DNA of 63,878 bases, filler included, from Blastocystis sp. subtype 4 (lineage: Eukaryota): NCBI RefSeq assembly GCF_000743755.1. It is 6 parts of 6 records of this genome, joined end to end, with 100 filler letters (N's around TTAATTAATTAA, not from the genome) between each part and the next. Parts side by side here need not be neighbours in the genome. Positions count along the whole stretch, not along the records: positions 32,428 to 43,480 come from NW_014569223.1; positions 43,581 to 54,219 come from NW_014569222.1; 4 more parts are not named here. One strand, 5' to 3'. The first letter of the stretch is position 1, and each line of letters opens with the position of its first letter. Below are positions 38,970 to 51,272 of this stretch, piece after piece. The position numbers were made by a program, and so were the translations under genes. The notes beneath the pieces are model-generated. The model made no database searches. It was not told the origin of the DNA and saw nothing but the letters and a program-made list of their open reading frames with translations.

Positions 38970-39040
38970 ACATTGTTTCTTGACAGTAAATAACAACAAA
39001 CACCGAGTAGCTATTGCACATTTCCTAAACGATTGGAACC

Positions 39041-39315
39041 TCACTTCTTAATCGACTTGGTCTCCTCAAACACAACATGCTTACGTACAATAGGATCATA
39101 CTACTCCATTACAATAGAAAATAGCAAAATTCTACCTTAATTAGCTTCAATTTGTGGGGAGTGTTCATTGGATTCTTCTTCGTCGTATAGAAGAATCTAA
39201 AGTATTACAGAATTCATAGGAAGCATACCCAGTCCCGGCTTTGCTTAGCAACTTGATGCTGACTCCTAACGTCTATTGAGTATCTCAATGAATTTCTAAT
39301 TGCTACTTTAGGCAT
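39041..39315 (-). CDS. MRPL33: Mitochondrial (MRO) ribosomal protein bL33m; 3 introns; absent from ORF track
   Basis: Spliced MPK|TLGVSIKLLSKAGTG|FFYTTKKNPMNTPHKLKLIK|YDPIVRKHVVFEETKSIKK*. Confidence 0.92.
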
Positions 39316-39371
39316 GAGGATACGAAAGATACTTCACAACCAAAGAATCTCTGAATAGGAACAAACAGAAC

Positions 39372-40265
39372 TTAAGCCGAATTTACATCACTCTTCTCTA
39401 TATTCCCTTTCAACATATTATAATGAACAGGTACAAATCCACACTTAGGCATAACAGTCAATACCGATTTCTCAGCACGATGTGTCTTCTCATGTTTCCT
39501 CATAGTACTCGCACTACAACATTCGTAACTACACGACTTCCTGGGACAATGAAGTGTGCGACTATGTTGATGTACCTTCATGTGTTTCTTTAGATCACTG
39601 GAGGTAATAGAAGCATAAGAGCACCCCTCAACGGTACATTTAAATGGCTTCTCCCCAGTATGAGTACGCATATGGACCTTCAGATTGCTGTGGTTAGCTG
39701 AAGAATATGTGCAATTCGGAAACGGACATTTTAGAGGCTTTTCACCGGTATGTGTGCGAATATGAATAACAAGAATGCTCCGAGTTACAGCTGCATATTT
39801 GCAATCAGCATATGGACACTTATATGGCTTCTCTCCTGTATGAGTTCGAGTATGTATCTTCATATCACTCTTGCGAATCGTCGAATAGTTGCAACCATGG
39901 AATGTACACTTATACCTCTTTGGAATAATCGTACTGTGCTGACACACACAACAATTGTTGTTCCCACCACAACTACAACAGGGAAGGCTCTCCTCTTTCG
40001 GTTTAGATACTACTGGCTGAATAGATTGAGGTTGTTGCTGATACGAAAAGAAAGAACTCGGAACAATGACTAATGATGGTTGCGTAGAATGTAGAATTGA
40101 TTCAAATTCAGACTGTATGGGTGTCAGACATGGCAAAACCTTGTTTTCATCTTTGGGGACCAGACAATGAGGTAATGCCTGACTACAGACATCCTCCACC
40201 CAGTCACAGTCAAGTTTATCCTGAATTATTCGATTGAGATGTTCTAATTCTTCTTGCTTGGTCAT
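39372..40265 (-). CDS. C2H2 zinc-finger transcription factor (5 fingers), intronless
   Basis: HTGEKP linkers. TAA is followed 4 nt later by TGTTTGTT (39360-39367, minus strand). Confidence 0.9.
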   Translation of the reverse strand: MTKQEELEHLNRIIQDKLDCDWVEDVCSQALPHCLVPKDENKVLPCLTPIQSEFESILHSTQPSLVIVPSSFFSYQQQPQSIQPVVSKPKEESLPCCSCGGNNNCCVCQHSTIIPKRYKCTFHGCNYSTIRKSDMKIHTRTHTGEKPYKCPYADCKYAAVTRSILVIHIRTHTGEKPLKCPFPNCTYSSANHSNLKVHMRTHTGEKPFKCTVEGCSYASITSSDLKKHMKVHQHSRTLHCPRKSCSYECCSASTMRKHEKTHRAEKSVLTVMPKCGFVPVHYNMLKGNIEKSDVNSA

Positions 40266-40546
40266 TCACCAACAACCTAACAAACGGGTTAGAAATACAT
40301 AGAAAGATTCCAGAATAGTAATCTCAACCAAATACTTCACCGATTTCACAATATGGATACGGAAGTACAATTCAACACAGGACTCTCCGTTCGTCCCCAC
40401 TACTTACAGAATCTCTATTATGAGTATAGAGCTATTAGCTGAACCAATCGTCCACTGCAATGGAATGATTAGTACCGTTTTTGTCTTCCGAAGAAAACCC
40501 GCGGTATTTCATGAGACCATTATTTGTGTACTTTTGTCTCAACAAC

Positions 40547-40570
40547 TGTACGCCCCTTTTTGGGCGTACA
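40547..40570. repeat. Perfect 9-bp inverted repeat TGTACGCCC-CTTTTT-GGGCGTACA
   Basis: Read directly in the intergenic region between the two divergent transcription factor genes. Confidence 0.8.
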
Positions 40571-40922
40571 AGCCACATTCAATTATCATTTATCGATAGG
40601 AATATCTTTCGATCTCTACTAATCTGAAATAGAACTAGTGATATAAAAAAAGATTAGAGATAGGCTATCGGCAGTTACTATGGGTTCTCTATAGTATTCA
40701 AGGAATCATTTACAAAATCGATTATAAGGGTTGTTGGGCTATTGTAATGATTCTTTTCTTCTTCTCGGATTGTGGGTTATTACTACTATTTGCTATAACA
40801 ACGACTATTGATTTTCGTAGAACATACAAGATAGTTCTTGTATATACACGACTGAAGATGATTATCTTCATTCTGCAAAATCACGGAATATTGAGTTTAA
40901 AATAATTCTATTGTCCCCAAAT

Positions 40923-40974
40923 TGTCATCTGCAATATCAAATTGACAAGTTGTCAAACACTTCGTCAATTGACA
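40923..40974. promoter_or_regulatory. Cluster of TGACA/TGTCA sites (candidate TALE binding sites)
   Basis: TGTCA 40923, TTGACAAGTTGTCAA 40942-40956, GTCAATTGACA 40964-40974, just upstream of the homeobox ATG. Confidence 0.55.
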
Positions 40975-40996
40975 ACTGGCTCATTCAGACTTAACG

Positions 40997-41635
40997 ATGA
41001 ATAACTTTCAGCGTGACATATCCGCTATATTTCCCCACAGATTAGTTGCGGATAGTCGCCAGGGAAAGGCAACATTGAATGACTATGAGAATAAGGTGTC
41101 TCAAAGTGTTCAAGAATTAGAAGAAATGTGTCTTACAAATAAAGATGAGTTGCTAGAGCTACGGGAGAAAGTACTATCCAAATTCCGGCTCATTGATCAA
41201 CTCGTATCTGCATTTTTGCGTGATGTGAATGAGTTACTACTTTTCGAGAGTCCTGCTGATGCACAGGAGTTGGTAACCATTATGGCGTTAGATGTGAAGA
41301 AGACCATTTTGGACAATGCTTTACAATATGCCATGTCAATGCCAGTATATTCAGATAGTAGTCAACTAGGGGAGAAAGATGATCCCACTTATACACAAGC
41401 TGACGTGTCTGATTACACTCCATCGACACAGCAGACGAAGAAGAAAAGGCCGAACTTACCATCTCATGCCAAGTCCATACTCTCTGAGTGGTTCCAGAAT
41501 CATGTGGATCATCCTTACCCAACACAGGCCGAAAAGCAAGAGCTCTCAAGTAAAACAGGGCTCTCACTCCAGAAGGTGGACAATTGGTTTATTAACGAAC
41601 GAAGTCGGAAATGGGGTTCATATCGTCGAAAGTAG
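40997..41635 (+). CDS. TALE-class homeodomain protein, intronless
   Basis: KKKRPNLP...LSEWFQNHVDHPYPT...QKVDNWFINERSR (PYP loop, Ile at position 50). Confidence 0.93.
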   Translation: MNNFQRDISAIFPHRLVADSRQGKATLNDYENKVSQSVQELEEMCLTNKDELLELREKVLSKFRLIDQLVSAFLRDVNELLLFESPADAQELVTIMALDVKKTILDNALQYAMSMPVYSDSSQLGEKDDPTYTQADVSDYTPSTQQTKKKRPNLPSHAKSILSEWFQNHVDHPYPTQAEKQELSSKTGLSLQKVDNWFINERSRKWGSYRRK

Positions 41636-42128
41636 CTTCTCTTGTACTCTTGGTCTATCTTTATTGTGTGTATTGTTTGTTATTTAATTCATTTTTGTTT
41701 GGTTCCATGAGGATTCTTAGAGTTTCAATGTCAAGTGGAGATCATTTTATTCACTATAAACAATTATTAAGCTCACTTGTGTTAGTGATATCCAGATTGA
41801 AGAAGACTGTGGATACAACATCATTCAATCTAATGCAAATGGTAATTACAAATAACACTATGGATCGCTTACTGCGCAACATGAGGACGTGATGCACTGA
41901 TTGTTAGTTCCATGTTAAGAACTGCCACTATGATGATTTGATAAGAAGCATCTAATCAAGAATCATTTTCATGAATACATATCGTTTATCTCTTGAAAGC
42001 ACTTGAATGAACGAGATAAAGATAAGATTCCCTTCTAGTTATAAGGATGAAAAACAGAGAGAGGAGGCTGCTGCTGAGTTACGATAGTTTCAAAATGTAT
42101 AAAACAAAGTCTAACCAAGAGTGATATC

Positions 42129-43336
42129 TTATTGAATTGTTGTTTCCTCTTTACTATTTTCTGCACTATTCTTTATTCCTTCTGCTTTCACTTGGTTGCT
42201 TTCTTCCTTCAGTTCTTCACTTTCTGCTTTAATCTGAGCACTTTCTGTTTTCACTTCTCCACTCTCTCCCACCTTATCCTTCAGTTCATCACTTCCATCC
42301 TTCCCATTCTCTTCATTCTCTATAGACTTCTCACCAGGATTCAATAAACTCCACTTCTTCAACACCCACTCATTCTTAAGTACAAGCGCCACATCCTCTT
42401 TACTATCCTGTTTGAAAGCATGAATCCACACACTATCACGTTGAATAGACTTATACAGTAAATGATTCACACAACCACTACAACTCAATAACGAATTCTA
42501 TCTCTACAGACGAAGCAAATCAGGACCTGTCAACATAGAAAGAATACGATCACCTTCAAGAAGGAAAGGAGCACTCACACTCAACACTACAACATCAATC
42601 AATCTTCTCTCTTCTACTCTCAATCTCTTTCGCTTCCTTAACAGCAGCACCACGAAGACTCTCCATAGCAGTATCACACTCTTTCATCTTCTCTTCTACT
42701 TCAACAATCTGCTTCTATTCATCACAAATACCTTCAATTAGCGACTTTCAACTCGTCCAAAGCACTACACTTCTGAGCACGAAGAGACACCAACTCGGAC
42801 AACTCCAATTGCTTCTCTTCCTCCTTCTTATTACACTTCACAATATCCTCTTTCATCTTCTCTATATCCTCCAGAACAGTACTAAACACTCACATATACA
42901 CAAACACATATACCGAGCACAAGCAACCTTCTCATCCAAAGTTAATTCTGGAAGCACAATATCAACAGAATACACAACATTCTTCTCATGAAACCATGAA
43001 TACGTATTATCCCAGACCAAGAAGTATTCTCCAACTTCCTCAAATACAATCTTACCTTGTTGAGGAGTATCTGGAGGATAGGCAGTTATCGCAACGAAGG
43101 ATTCCTTATTCGTTCCCTTTAAGATTCCAAAACGAATATCATATCCCTTTGAATGGAATACCCAATGAACACTAGTTCCACTCTTTGAGATGACAAGAGG
43201 AAGCTCAAATCGTTGACCAGCTTTCACAACAATAGCATTCGTTTTCATCTTCATTACCTTGTTTTTGGATCTATCATTCAACACTCTCAACTACTACTTA
43301 CTGAAACAACACCGATAGCTTTTCGTACTTTTCCAT
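42129..43336 (-). CDS. GOLD-domain protein with C-terminal coiled coil
   Basis: VHWVFHSKGYDIRFG...GEYFLVWDNTYSWFHEKNVVY. Spliced start MEKYEKLSVLFQ. Confidence 0.75.
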
Positions 43337-43440
43337 TTGTTATATTGAGTGATATCAAAACTAACAACACCAATATCAACCTTTACAGAACAATACACTG
43401 GAAGTCAACTAACAAACACTCAATGACAATAACGAATCCT

Positions 43441-43480
43441 TTAAATCAAATCGGTGATATTCATGGGCATTTCATCGATC
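43441..43480 (-). CDS. eIF4A-family DEAD-box helicase (eIF4AIII-like), C-terminal fragment
   Basis: IDEMPMNITDLI* matches the eIF4A/eIF4AIII C-terminus. TGTTTGTT downstream (43411-43418). Confidence 0.75.
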
Positions 43481-43580
43481 NNNNNNNNNNNNNNNNNNNN
43501 NNNNNNNNNNNNNNNNNNNNNNNNTTAATTAATTAANNNNNNNNNNNNNNNNNNNNNNNNNNNNNNNNNNNNNNNNNNNN
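43481..43580. other. Assembly spacer
   Basis: N44-TTAATTAATTAA-N44. Confidence 0.97.
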
Positions 43581-43792
<212 letters not shown>

Positions 43793-43952
43793 TGCAAACT
43801 CAAAAAATGAATGTGAGTCCAAAAGAAGGGTCAAAATCGATCCATGTACCAAAATAGGCCCAATTTCTGCATATCACAGTCTTGATCTGATTTAATAGGC
43901 TTGGTTCACCTAAGATAATAATTGCTCTTGTTTAAAAATCGTATAGAAACCA

Positions 43953-45678
43953 ATGTCAAATAGTCAAATGCAACGGAATATGGACTTGGAAGGAGAACTT
44001 GTTGATCGTGGGAGAAGAATGCGAGAGTATGCAGAGTTGGGTTATCAGCTAACAGATACTGAAAAAGAATTAGTAAAAGCTTCTTGAGAACCAACTGATC
44101 TTTGTAGTTAGAGGAAATAAGGACTCTTGTCCCAGAAGAAACTCCAGAATCAAAGCTTCAAAGCATCGTCATTTCATGTCATGGAAATCGAACACAAATG
44201 GAGTTGTTGGTTGCCGATCTATGGAATGATCGTAGTTCGATTGTTATTGAGTTGACCTATTAGATGAAGATGCTGGTGATGACTGGGAAGAGATATCTTT
44301 CCGAAAGAAGTCTTCTGTTCGCCTTCTTACTGGTACTAATTCATAGAAATCAAGGGTATCTGAAAAAGTAGAAGAGCCAATACATGTACACACCGTAACG
44401 AACAAACCACGTAATGCTCGTTCACCCCCTTCGTGGCAGAACAGCTCACACCCAAACGGACCTCAATCATCTCGAAAGACCTCAGATGTTGAGCCAGAGG
44501 CCGAAAACAAGCCTACTGCTCCCTCTCCAAAGAAGTCTGTACCAGAGAAGAAAGAGGCCGAACCTTCCCTACTTTCACAAATGCGGCAACCTACTCTACC
44601 TGTCCAAGGAGTACCTATACAACGACCTGTGATTGATTGGAGCCATTGTCTAAGGAAGTCCGAAGAGGTAAAATCAAAAGAAGCCGAACCTACACCAGCT
44701 GTTCCTACCCAAGAGCCTCAGGTTACTTACACACCACCAGCACCCCAGAATGAGTTGAATCTGCAGCCGATGGGGCGATCTTCCACAGTCGTGGAATCTG
44801 CCGAATCGCTTGAGGCTTCTCTAATCCAGACGGCGCGACGAGGGACCACATATCCCGAAGATAATGTAATGCATACACAGCAGGAGCTGAACTGTCTCCA
44901 ACCCCTGAACCATATTCAAACCTTAACTCCTCTCCAAACCCTAACTCCTCTCCAAACTCTGACTCCTCTTCAGCCTCTTGCAGTGACATGGTCTCAGCAA
45001 GTTGTCATACCTTCGACAACGGTAGATCTAATACAAGAGAAGCCTCAGGAATTTAGTCTAGGGTCATTTGGTAATACGGATGATCATAAAGAGATAATGT
45101 TTGGAAGTACGCTTGACGAGGCAGTATCAGGTAAGTGTATTCCTCTCTTTTGATGCACAGCAGACATTGCTTTTCAGCAGCAGAACGATATGCAACAACA
45201 GATACAGCCAACACAGCAGGGATATCCCTCGAACTACTATGTGCGAATGAATGCCTGAAGTGAGGAATAGGATGTCTACTACAATTATCCTTATACGCAG
45301 CAGTACACAAAGGTTGCTCCTGGATTACAGCCTGTCGCTGCTGCACCTGTTCAGAATTCCACAATCGTAGATCCTCGTCAGCAGGATGGTATCTCGAATG
45401 GATACTATTCCTATGTAAGTTAGCATTGGCTCAATGAGATGTAGTATGGATATCCTGTCAGTGGTATGTTTTATGGTCAATATGGGTAAGGTTGGATGAG
45501 AATGTTAATGAGTAGAGTGTATGGGCAGAATGATTATGACTACAATCAATACAGCTATCAACCTTATGGATATACAACGTATGAAACATATGGAAACGGA
45601 CAGAGTGTTATTGTGGGAACGGTTCCTTCTCAGAATGAAATACCTCAACAGGGTATGGATCCTTCACAGTCTTCATAA
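43953..45678 (+). CDS. Largely disordered protein with N-terminal UBA/CUE-like region (UBAP2/Def1/GIP1-like architecture)
   Basis: LEEIRTLVPEE...LLVADLWND then DDWEEISFRKK, FSLGSFG, Q/Y-rich tail. TGTTTGTT at 45712-45719. Confidence 0.45.
44916..44977 (+). repeat. 18-nt coding tandem repeat (LQTLTP x3)
   Basis: CAAACCTTAACTCCTCTC / CAAACCCTAACTCCTCTC / CAAACTCTGACTCCTCTT. Confidence 0.8.
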
Positions 45679-45921
45679 CGGAATCGTAGGGAGAGTATAT
45701 ACATTGTGGCTTGTTTGTTGTCAGTGACAATCACGTTGGAATCTGAATTGTGAATCCTCTTCGTTCATTACGTGATTCTGATAGATGAGAAGAAATGCCG
45801 TGGATAGGTTTTGATCTCTATTGAGGAGAAAACAAATCAGAATCTCTTCTGAACTGGATCACTGAGTAGGATGTGAATGAATGAACTGATGAACAGAATA
45901 TCTGAACTGAAGGAATAGAGA

Positions 45922-47204
45922 ATGTTAAAGAGAGTGATTTGTAAACCTACAATTCATATGTTTAGTGTAAATGAATTGTAAAGAGGAATGATGAATAGCG
46001 TGCAATCAGTTGTGACTTGATGCCTGGAACAGTGGGACTTGGAGGTCGAATGTCTCAGAATCCGCTGAAAGTGACAATTTTCGGTGCTTCGACAGGTAGT
46101 CTGGGTCGCAGTGTTGTGTATGAGTTGGGTAGAAGTGTTGAATTGGATTTGATGGATAGCTTCTCGTGGAGTGACATGCATGATTCCATACAGAGGAGAA
46201 GGAGATGAAGTTCGACATCTGAAGCAATCGGGTGATATTGGGAAAGTAAATCCAATTCCATTTCATCCTCGGGATGAACAATCGATTCGTGACTGTATTG
46301 GAAATGCAGACATTGTGTTGAACTTGGTTGGTAAATACTACGAGACAAAGAATCTGTATCTGAAGAAGAACTATACGTGAGTGAAGAAGGATGGAATGAG
46401 AGGTAGATATCAGGATGTGAACATCTACTTCCCTGAGCGTCTTGCTCGTATTTGTAATGAGATGGGTGTGAAGAATCTATTGCATGTATCTGCTTTACAA
46501 CAGAATCTGAAGCATCGGTCAGAATGGGCACAAAGGTGGGAATAGGAAGAGATAGTAACGAATAGGCAAAAGGTGAAGAGGTGATTCGTGAGGTGAAGCC
46601 TGAGACGTGTATTGTTCGTCCTGCAGATATGTTTGGTGAAGATGATCGAATTCTCCAATGGTGGATGTGAGTGTGAGTGATGAGATGTAGGATTGGTCGT
46701 CAGTTCCATATCTATCCGTGGTTGATCAATATCAATGGTGGAGCTGCGCTGAAACAGCCTGTCTGGTATGGAGATGTGGCTACTGCGATTCGGAAGTATT
46801 GTATGAACCCTGAAGCGTACAATGGAAAGATAATGGAACTTGGTGGACCGGAGGTGATGGCCTGGTCACAGATTGTGGATTGGTTCCGAGAGGTGACTCA
46901 TACAGCTCGTGTGCCTCCTCGTACACCAACATCAATTGCTCGTATGTATGCTGGAGTGTTGGAATTGGGTCCAAAACCCTATATCTCACGTAGTGAAGTG
47001 GACTTGCGTGTGAGTGACAATGTGGTGGATCCTCACACGACATGTTTGACCTTCAAGGATCTGGGAGTGAGAGAATTGAGAGAGAGTGATCTGTAGATTG
47101 AACCACACTCCTTGAAGGATAAGGGCTATTCGGCAATATTGCGATATCGTAAGGGAGGTCATTGGGCCTATGAGAATGAAAACGTAAACACAAGAGTGAT
47201 TTAA
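45922..47204 (+). CDS. NDUFA9: Complex I 39-kDa subunit (SDR fold)
   Basis: Presequence-like MLKRVICK, then GLGGRMS..VTIFGASTGSLGR, HLKQSGDIG, IVLNLVGKYYETKN, RPADMFGEDDRILQW, KQPVWYGDVA. Confidence 0.92.
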
Positions 47205-47336
47205 TTTGTCTGTTGTTGAGAAAAGGAATAGTATAATAATCAAAGAGTACTAACCACTAAACATGTATGAGAATAATGCCTTGAATCATCATTATTCGAA
47301 GACCAATTCGGTTGAAGAAACGAAGACCGTAAGAAT

Positions 47337-50300
47337 ATGATGGATCGAAATGTATTGATGAATCAAGTGGTTTGACTGAAGTCATAACACATGAACTAGG
47401 TGAATAATGTCATCTGAACCCCTTCAGATTAATAGTGATGTTCTAGCTTCGCTGAGAACCCGTCGCGAAGAGTTACAGAAAGAACGGATAGATGTGTTGG
47501 TAGGCAGTATTGATATGAATGTGAGAATAACAGAATGCAAATCGATTCCTGGATGGAGAGATCCGAAAGGCAATTGAACGTTGTCCGAAGCGTGAAACGG
47601 GAACTGTGGAGGCGTTGAATGAACGGATTCGTAAGATGGAAGAAGATATTGAGTATGGTAGTTTAAATGCCAAAGAGGAGAAATTGGTATGGGTTGTGTG
47701 TGGTGAGTGAAAGTGTAGGAAAGACGACGAATCCAAGATATTGAGAAACAGAGAGATGCATTGAAGGTGTACTTGAAAGCCCAAGAAGAGATCACTCTGT
47801 TGAGAGAAAAGCGAACTGCAGGAAACAAGAGGTTGGATGAAATCAGTCACACATTGGATGAGTTGATCAACACTTTGAATGTGTCGGAAGCTCTTCTCCG
47901 TCTGAAGGAACTAACAGGAGTGCTAGTAAGAATTGTGGGTGGAATTGACTGTAGTTACCGAATGAGAAGCTGAAGCAACAAGAGGTTGAGATTCAGAAGG
48001 CAAGTATGGGTCGTGTGTGTGGTAAGAACATGTCAAATGTAGGAAGAGGGATGAGGATTGAGGTGTAGTTGCATAGCATGGAGGAGGCATTCAAAGTACA
48101 TCTCTCGATTCGTCGTGATACGATGATATTAGTGAGTGGTGAGGAAGTGAATGTGTTGCGATGTGTGGAGGCACTGAAGGATATGGGTGAGGAGGTGGAG
48201 ACGATAATGAAGTTACCATCAGAACAGATCCATGCTTTGATGGCTCATGAGGGCAAGTATCGGAAGAGGATTGAACAGGAGTCGCGTGTTCATTTGGCTC
48301 TGGAGGGTACAGATGGAATCCGAATAATTGGAGGTCCAAAGGCTGTGAAGAGTGCAGAACGGAGTGTGACAGATCTCTTCCGAAGTGAGGAATGTGGGGA
48401 TGATATGAGAGATAGAGAGCAATCGATTTGTAGTGAGTCCATTCCTACGTAGTGTTCTGTTGAGTGAGAAGATGAAGGCGTTCCAAGAGCTTCAGCGTCG
48501 TTGTCCTGCTTATCTGGGTCTGGGTGAGAAGATCACAGAGCTAGTGTTGNNNNNNNNNNNNNNNNNNNNNNNNNNNNAGATGTGAGAGATAGGCGATCCT
48601 GGCTAGTTTCGAGAAGGAACATCAGGAAGTGACAGAGACAATCCCAGTGTCTGAGCGTCTATTCCGTTATCTGTTTGAGGAGAAAGGAAAGCGTGTACAG
48701 AAGATCCAACAGACCTCACATGCCCGTGTGCGTATGGAACGATCTCCGTATAGTGTGGTTGTGAGTGGCACAAAGGATGCTGTGGAGGCAGCGATGGAGA
48801 GTTTGAAGGCAACAGAGAAGGAATTGCTTGAGGCCAGTGTGGAGATGGAAGTGTCAGAAGCTCAGATTGGCATGCTGCTGGATAAGAAGGGTGCATTGCT
48901 GAAGAAGCTACAGACAGAACAGAAATGTTCCTTGGATGTTGATCGGAAGGCCAAGAAGGTGGTGTTGCGAGCTCCTGAAGAATCCCGTGAAGAGGCGTGT
49001 AGAGCCCTGAAGACGATATTGGAGAGTGTGCGTGTGGAGACAGTGGCTCTGAAGCCTCGTCAGGCATCCTTGTTTGTGGGTCCGAGTGGTAGCAACATCA
49101 AGAAGCTGCGAGAGATGAGTGGAGCGCAGTTGGAGGTGGAGAAAGAGGAGCTGAGGATCAGTGGTGAGGATTCAGCAGTCACAAAGGCAATGGAGCTAGT
49201 GACGAAATGGCTGGAGGAGCATACAGTGATGGAGTTGGAGACAGAAGCGAGTGTAGGCTTCGCTGTGATTGTGGGTCCGAAGGGAGCGAATCGGAAGATA
49301 CTGCAGAAGGAGCTGGATGTGGAACTGAGTGTGGAGGAGGGTAAGGAAGGAAAGGCTTATGTTCGAGTGATGGGTGGTTTGTCACAATGTGAGAATGCAG
49401 TGAAGACTCTACAGAACAAGATGGAACAGTACAAGAAGGAGAATATGAGTGTGAGTTTCCCTACAGGAGTATTCCAGAATGCTCCAGAGTTGCGTCGTGG
49501 TAGTTTGGAAAGGAAGATGAAGGAATTGGGTGTGGAGTTGAATGTGGTAGAACGTCGTAGTGTGGTGATAGTCCATGGTGAGGAAGAAGCATTGAAGAAG
49601 GCTGTGGAGTATTTGGAGGAGTTGAAGAAGCAGTATGAGGAGTATGAAGAACGAGATGTGGAAGTGGCAAAGGAGGAGATTGGTGTGTTGGTGGGTCGAG
49701 GTGGAGAGAATGTACGTCGTCTCCAAGAGAAGTTGGGTGTGGTTGTGATTGTGGACAGAGAGAATGAGAAGAGACCAGCATCAACTCCTCGTGTGCATGT
49801 GTGGGGTCCAAAGGAGAAGGTGGAAGCAGGATGTGAGGGTGTGATTGCAGACTTAGAGGAGCGAGTACAAGTGTCAGAAGCTCTTCCTTGTTCTGTGAAG
49901 CAGATTGCTCATCTAACAGAGAATAGATTTGCTTTGGTTAATGAGATCCAGGAACAATCAGGAGCTGAAGTGTATGTGCCACATGATCTTCCCATGTTTG
50001 GATCCACAGCTGTGACAGTACGAGGAAACAAACAGCAGGTGACAACAGCAGTACCTCTGGTGCGAGAGGCATTACAAGGACTGATTCGAAGAACCCTCCA
50101 AGTGCCTGCAGAGGATCTGACTGTGATGTTGAAGAATGGGAATCTACAGGTTCAGCGTCTGACCTTGGAGTCGAAGAGTCGGATTGTGACAGATGAGACG
50201 AAGGGAGAGGTGATTGTAGTAGGACCCAAGGAGGGAGTGCAGTTGGTGTTACGTCGCTTCTTGGAACAGTTGAGAGCAGTATTGCCTGATCAGTATCTGA

Positions 50301-51149
50301 TGGAACCGATATCTGAGAGTGTATATCTGGGATTGAATGTGGATCAGAATGTGAAGGAGATGGAGCAGTATCAGAAGGAACATGGTGTGGTGATGTATCA
50401 GGATGTATCAGCTGTGTATTTGTATGGTACAAGTGAGGCCTTACCAGCAGCAATGGAATGGTTGAAGAGTATGTGTGAACGTATCTCCAAGGAGAGTCAT
50501 GTGATGAGAGTACCGAAGGAGTGTATTCCTTTCCTGATTGGTACTCGAGGCAGTCGAATCTCTCAGATGCGGAAGATGAGTGGAAGTTCATTGGAGATTG
50601 TTGATGATGATGGTGTATGGATTCAAGGAAAGGAGGAGTGTGTGGTGAAGGGTATGGAGTTGGTGTCCAATGCATTGGAAGAATATGAAATGACACATCG
50701 TCGAGTTCAAATTGATCCTGAGTATATTGGTGTATTGGTAGGAACACGTGGTTCCAATCTGAACCGTCTGCGTCAACAGTTCCTGACCTCTGTGAATGTG
50801 GAGAATGATGGATGGGTATCAGTGTCTGGTACACAGAAGCAAGCTGTACAGGATACGATTGATGCAATTGTGAAGTATGTGGAGGAGAAGAAGCAGGAGA
50901 TGGGAAGTGTGAAACCAGAGTCAGAAGGTCGTTGGGAGTCGAGACGTCGTGAAGAGTCACGAGAGAAGCCAAAGAAGAGAGTCAGTGTGGGAGAAGTTGA
51001 AGCATAATCCTCAACTGCCACTGGGACTGAGCAAGAAGAAGGAAGAGTCGCATTCTCAAGAAGTGTCTCGTATTCTTGGATTGAAAGATACAACTGTGGG
51101 AGGAAGTGAGTGTTACAAATCGGAAAGTGGATATACTGTTGAACTGTAA
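47337..51149 (+). CDS. Large multi-KH-domain RNA-binding protein with N-terminal coiled coil (contains a 28-N gap)
   Basis: Repeated GxxG KH loops (VGPSGSNI, VGPKGANR, VGRGGENV, IGTRGSRI, VGTRGSNL). TGTTTGTT at 51173-51180. Confidence 0.85.
48550..48577. other. Intra-contig N gap
   Basis: 28 N without linker. Confidence 0.95.
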
Positions 51150-51272
51150 GGGTTATTCGTGTTACTATGGGTTGTTTGTTGAGAGTAAGAGTGGATTTGA
51201 AGTGTTTATCAGTTTGAAGTATGTATATTATCACATACAGAAAAGATGATTAATTCTCATTGATTTGTGGTG

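Noticed and set aside
41700..42100. Gap with ATGATGA and CTGA (box C/D snoRNA?) or a small spliced gene
   Set aside because: The boxes are too far apart with no terminal stem, and no coherent spliced ORF was found.
44930..44960. CCCTAA telomere-like hexamer
   Set aside because: Single copy inside a coding LQTLTP repeat.
49938..50972. 344-aa antisense ORF within the KH gene
   Set aside because: S/P/H-rich shadow frame caused by the GA-rich codon bias of the sense gene.
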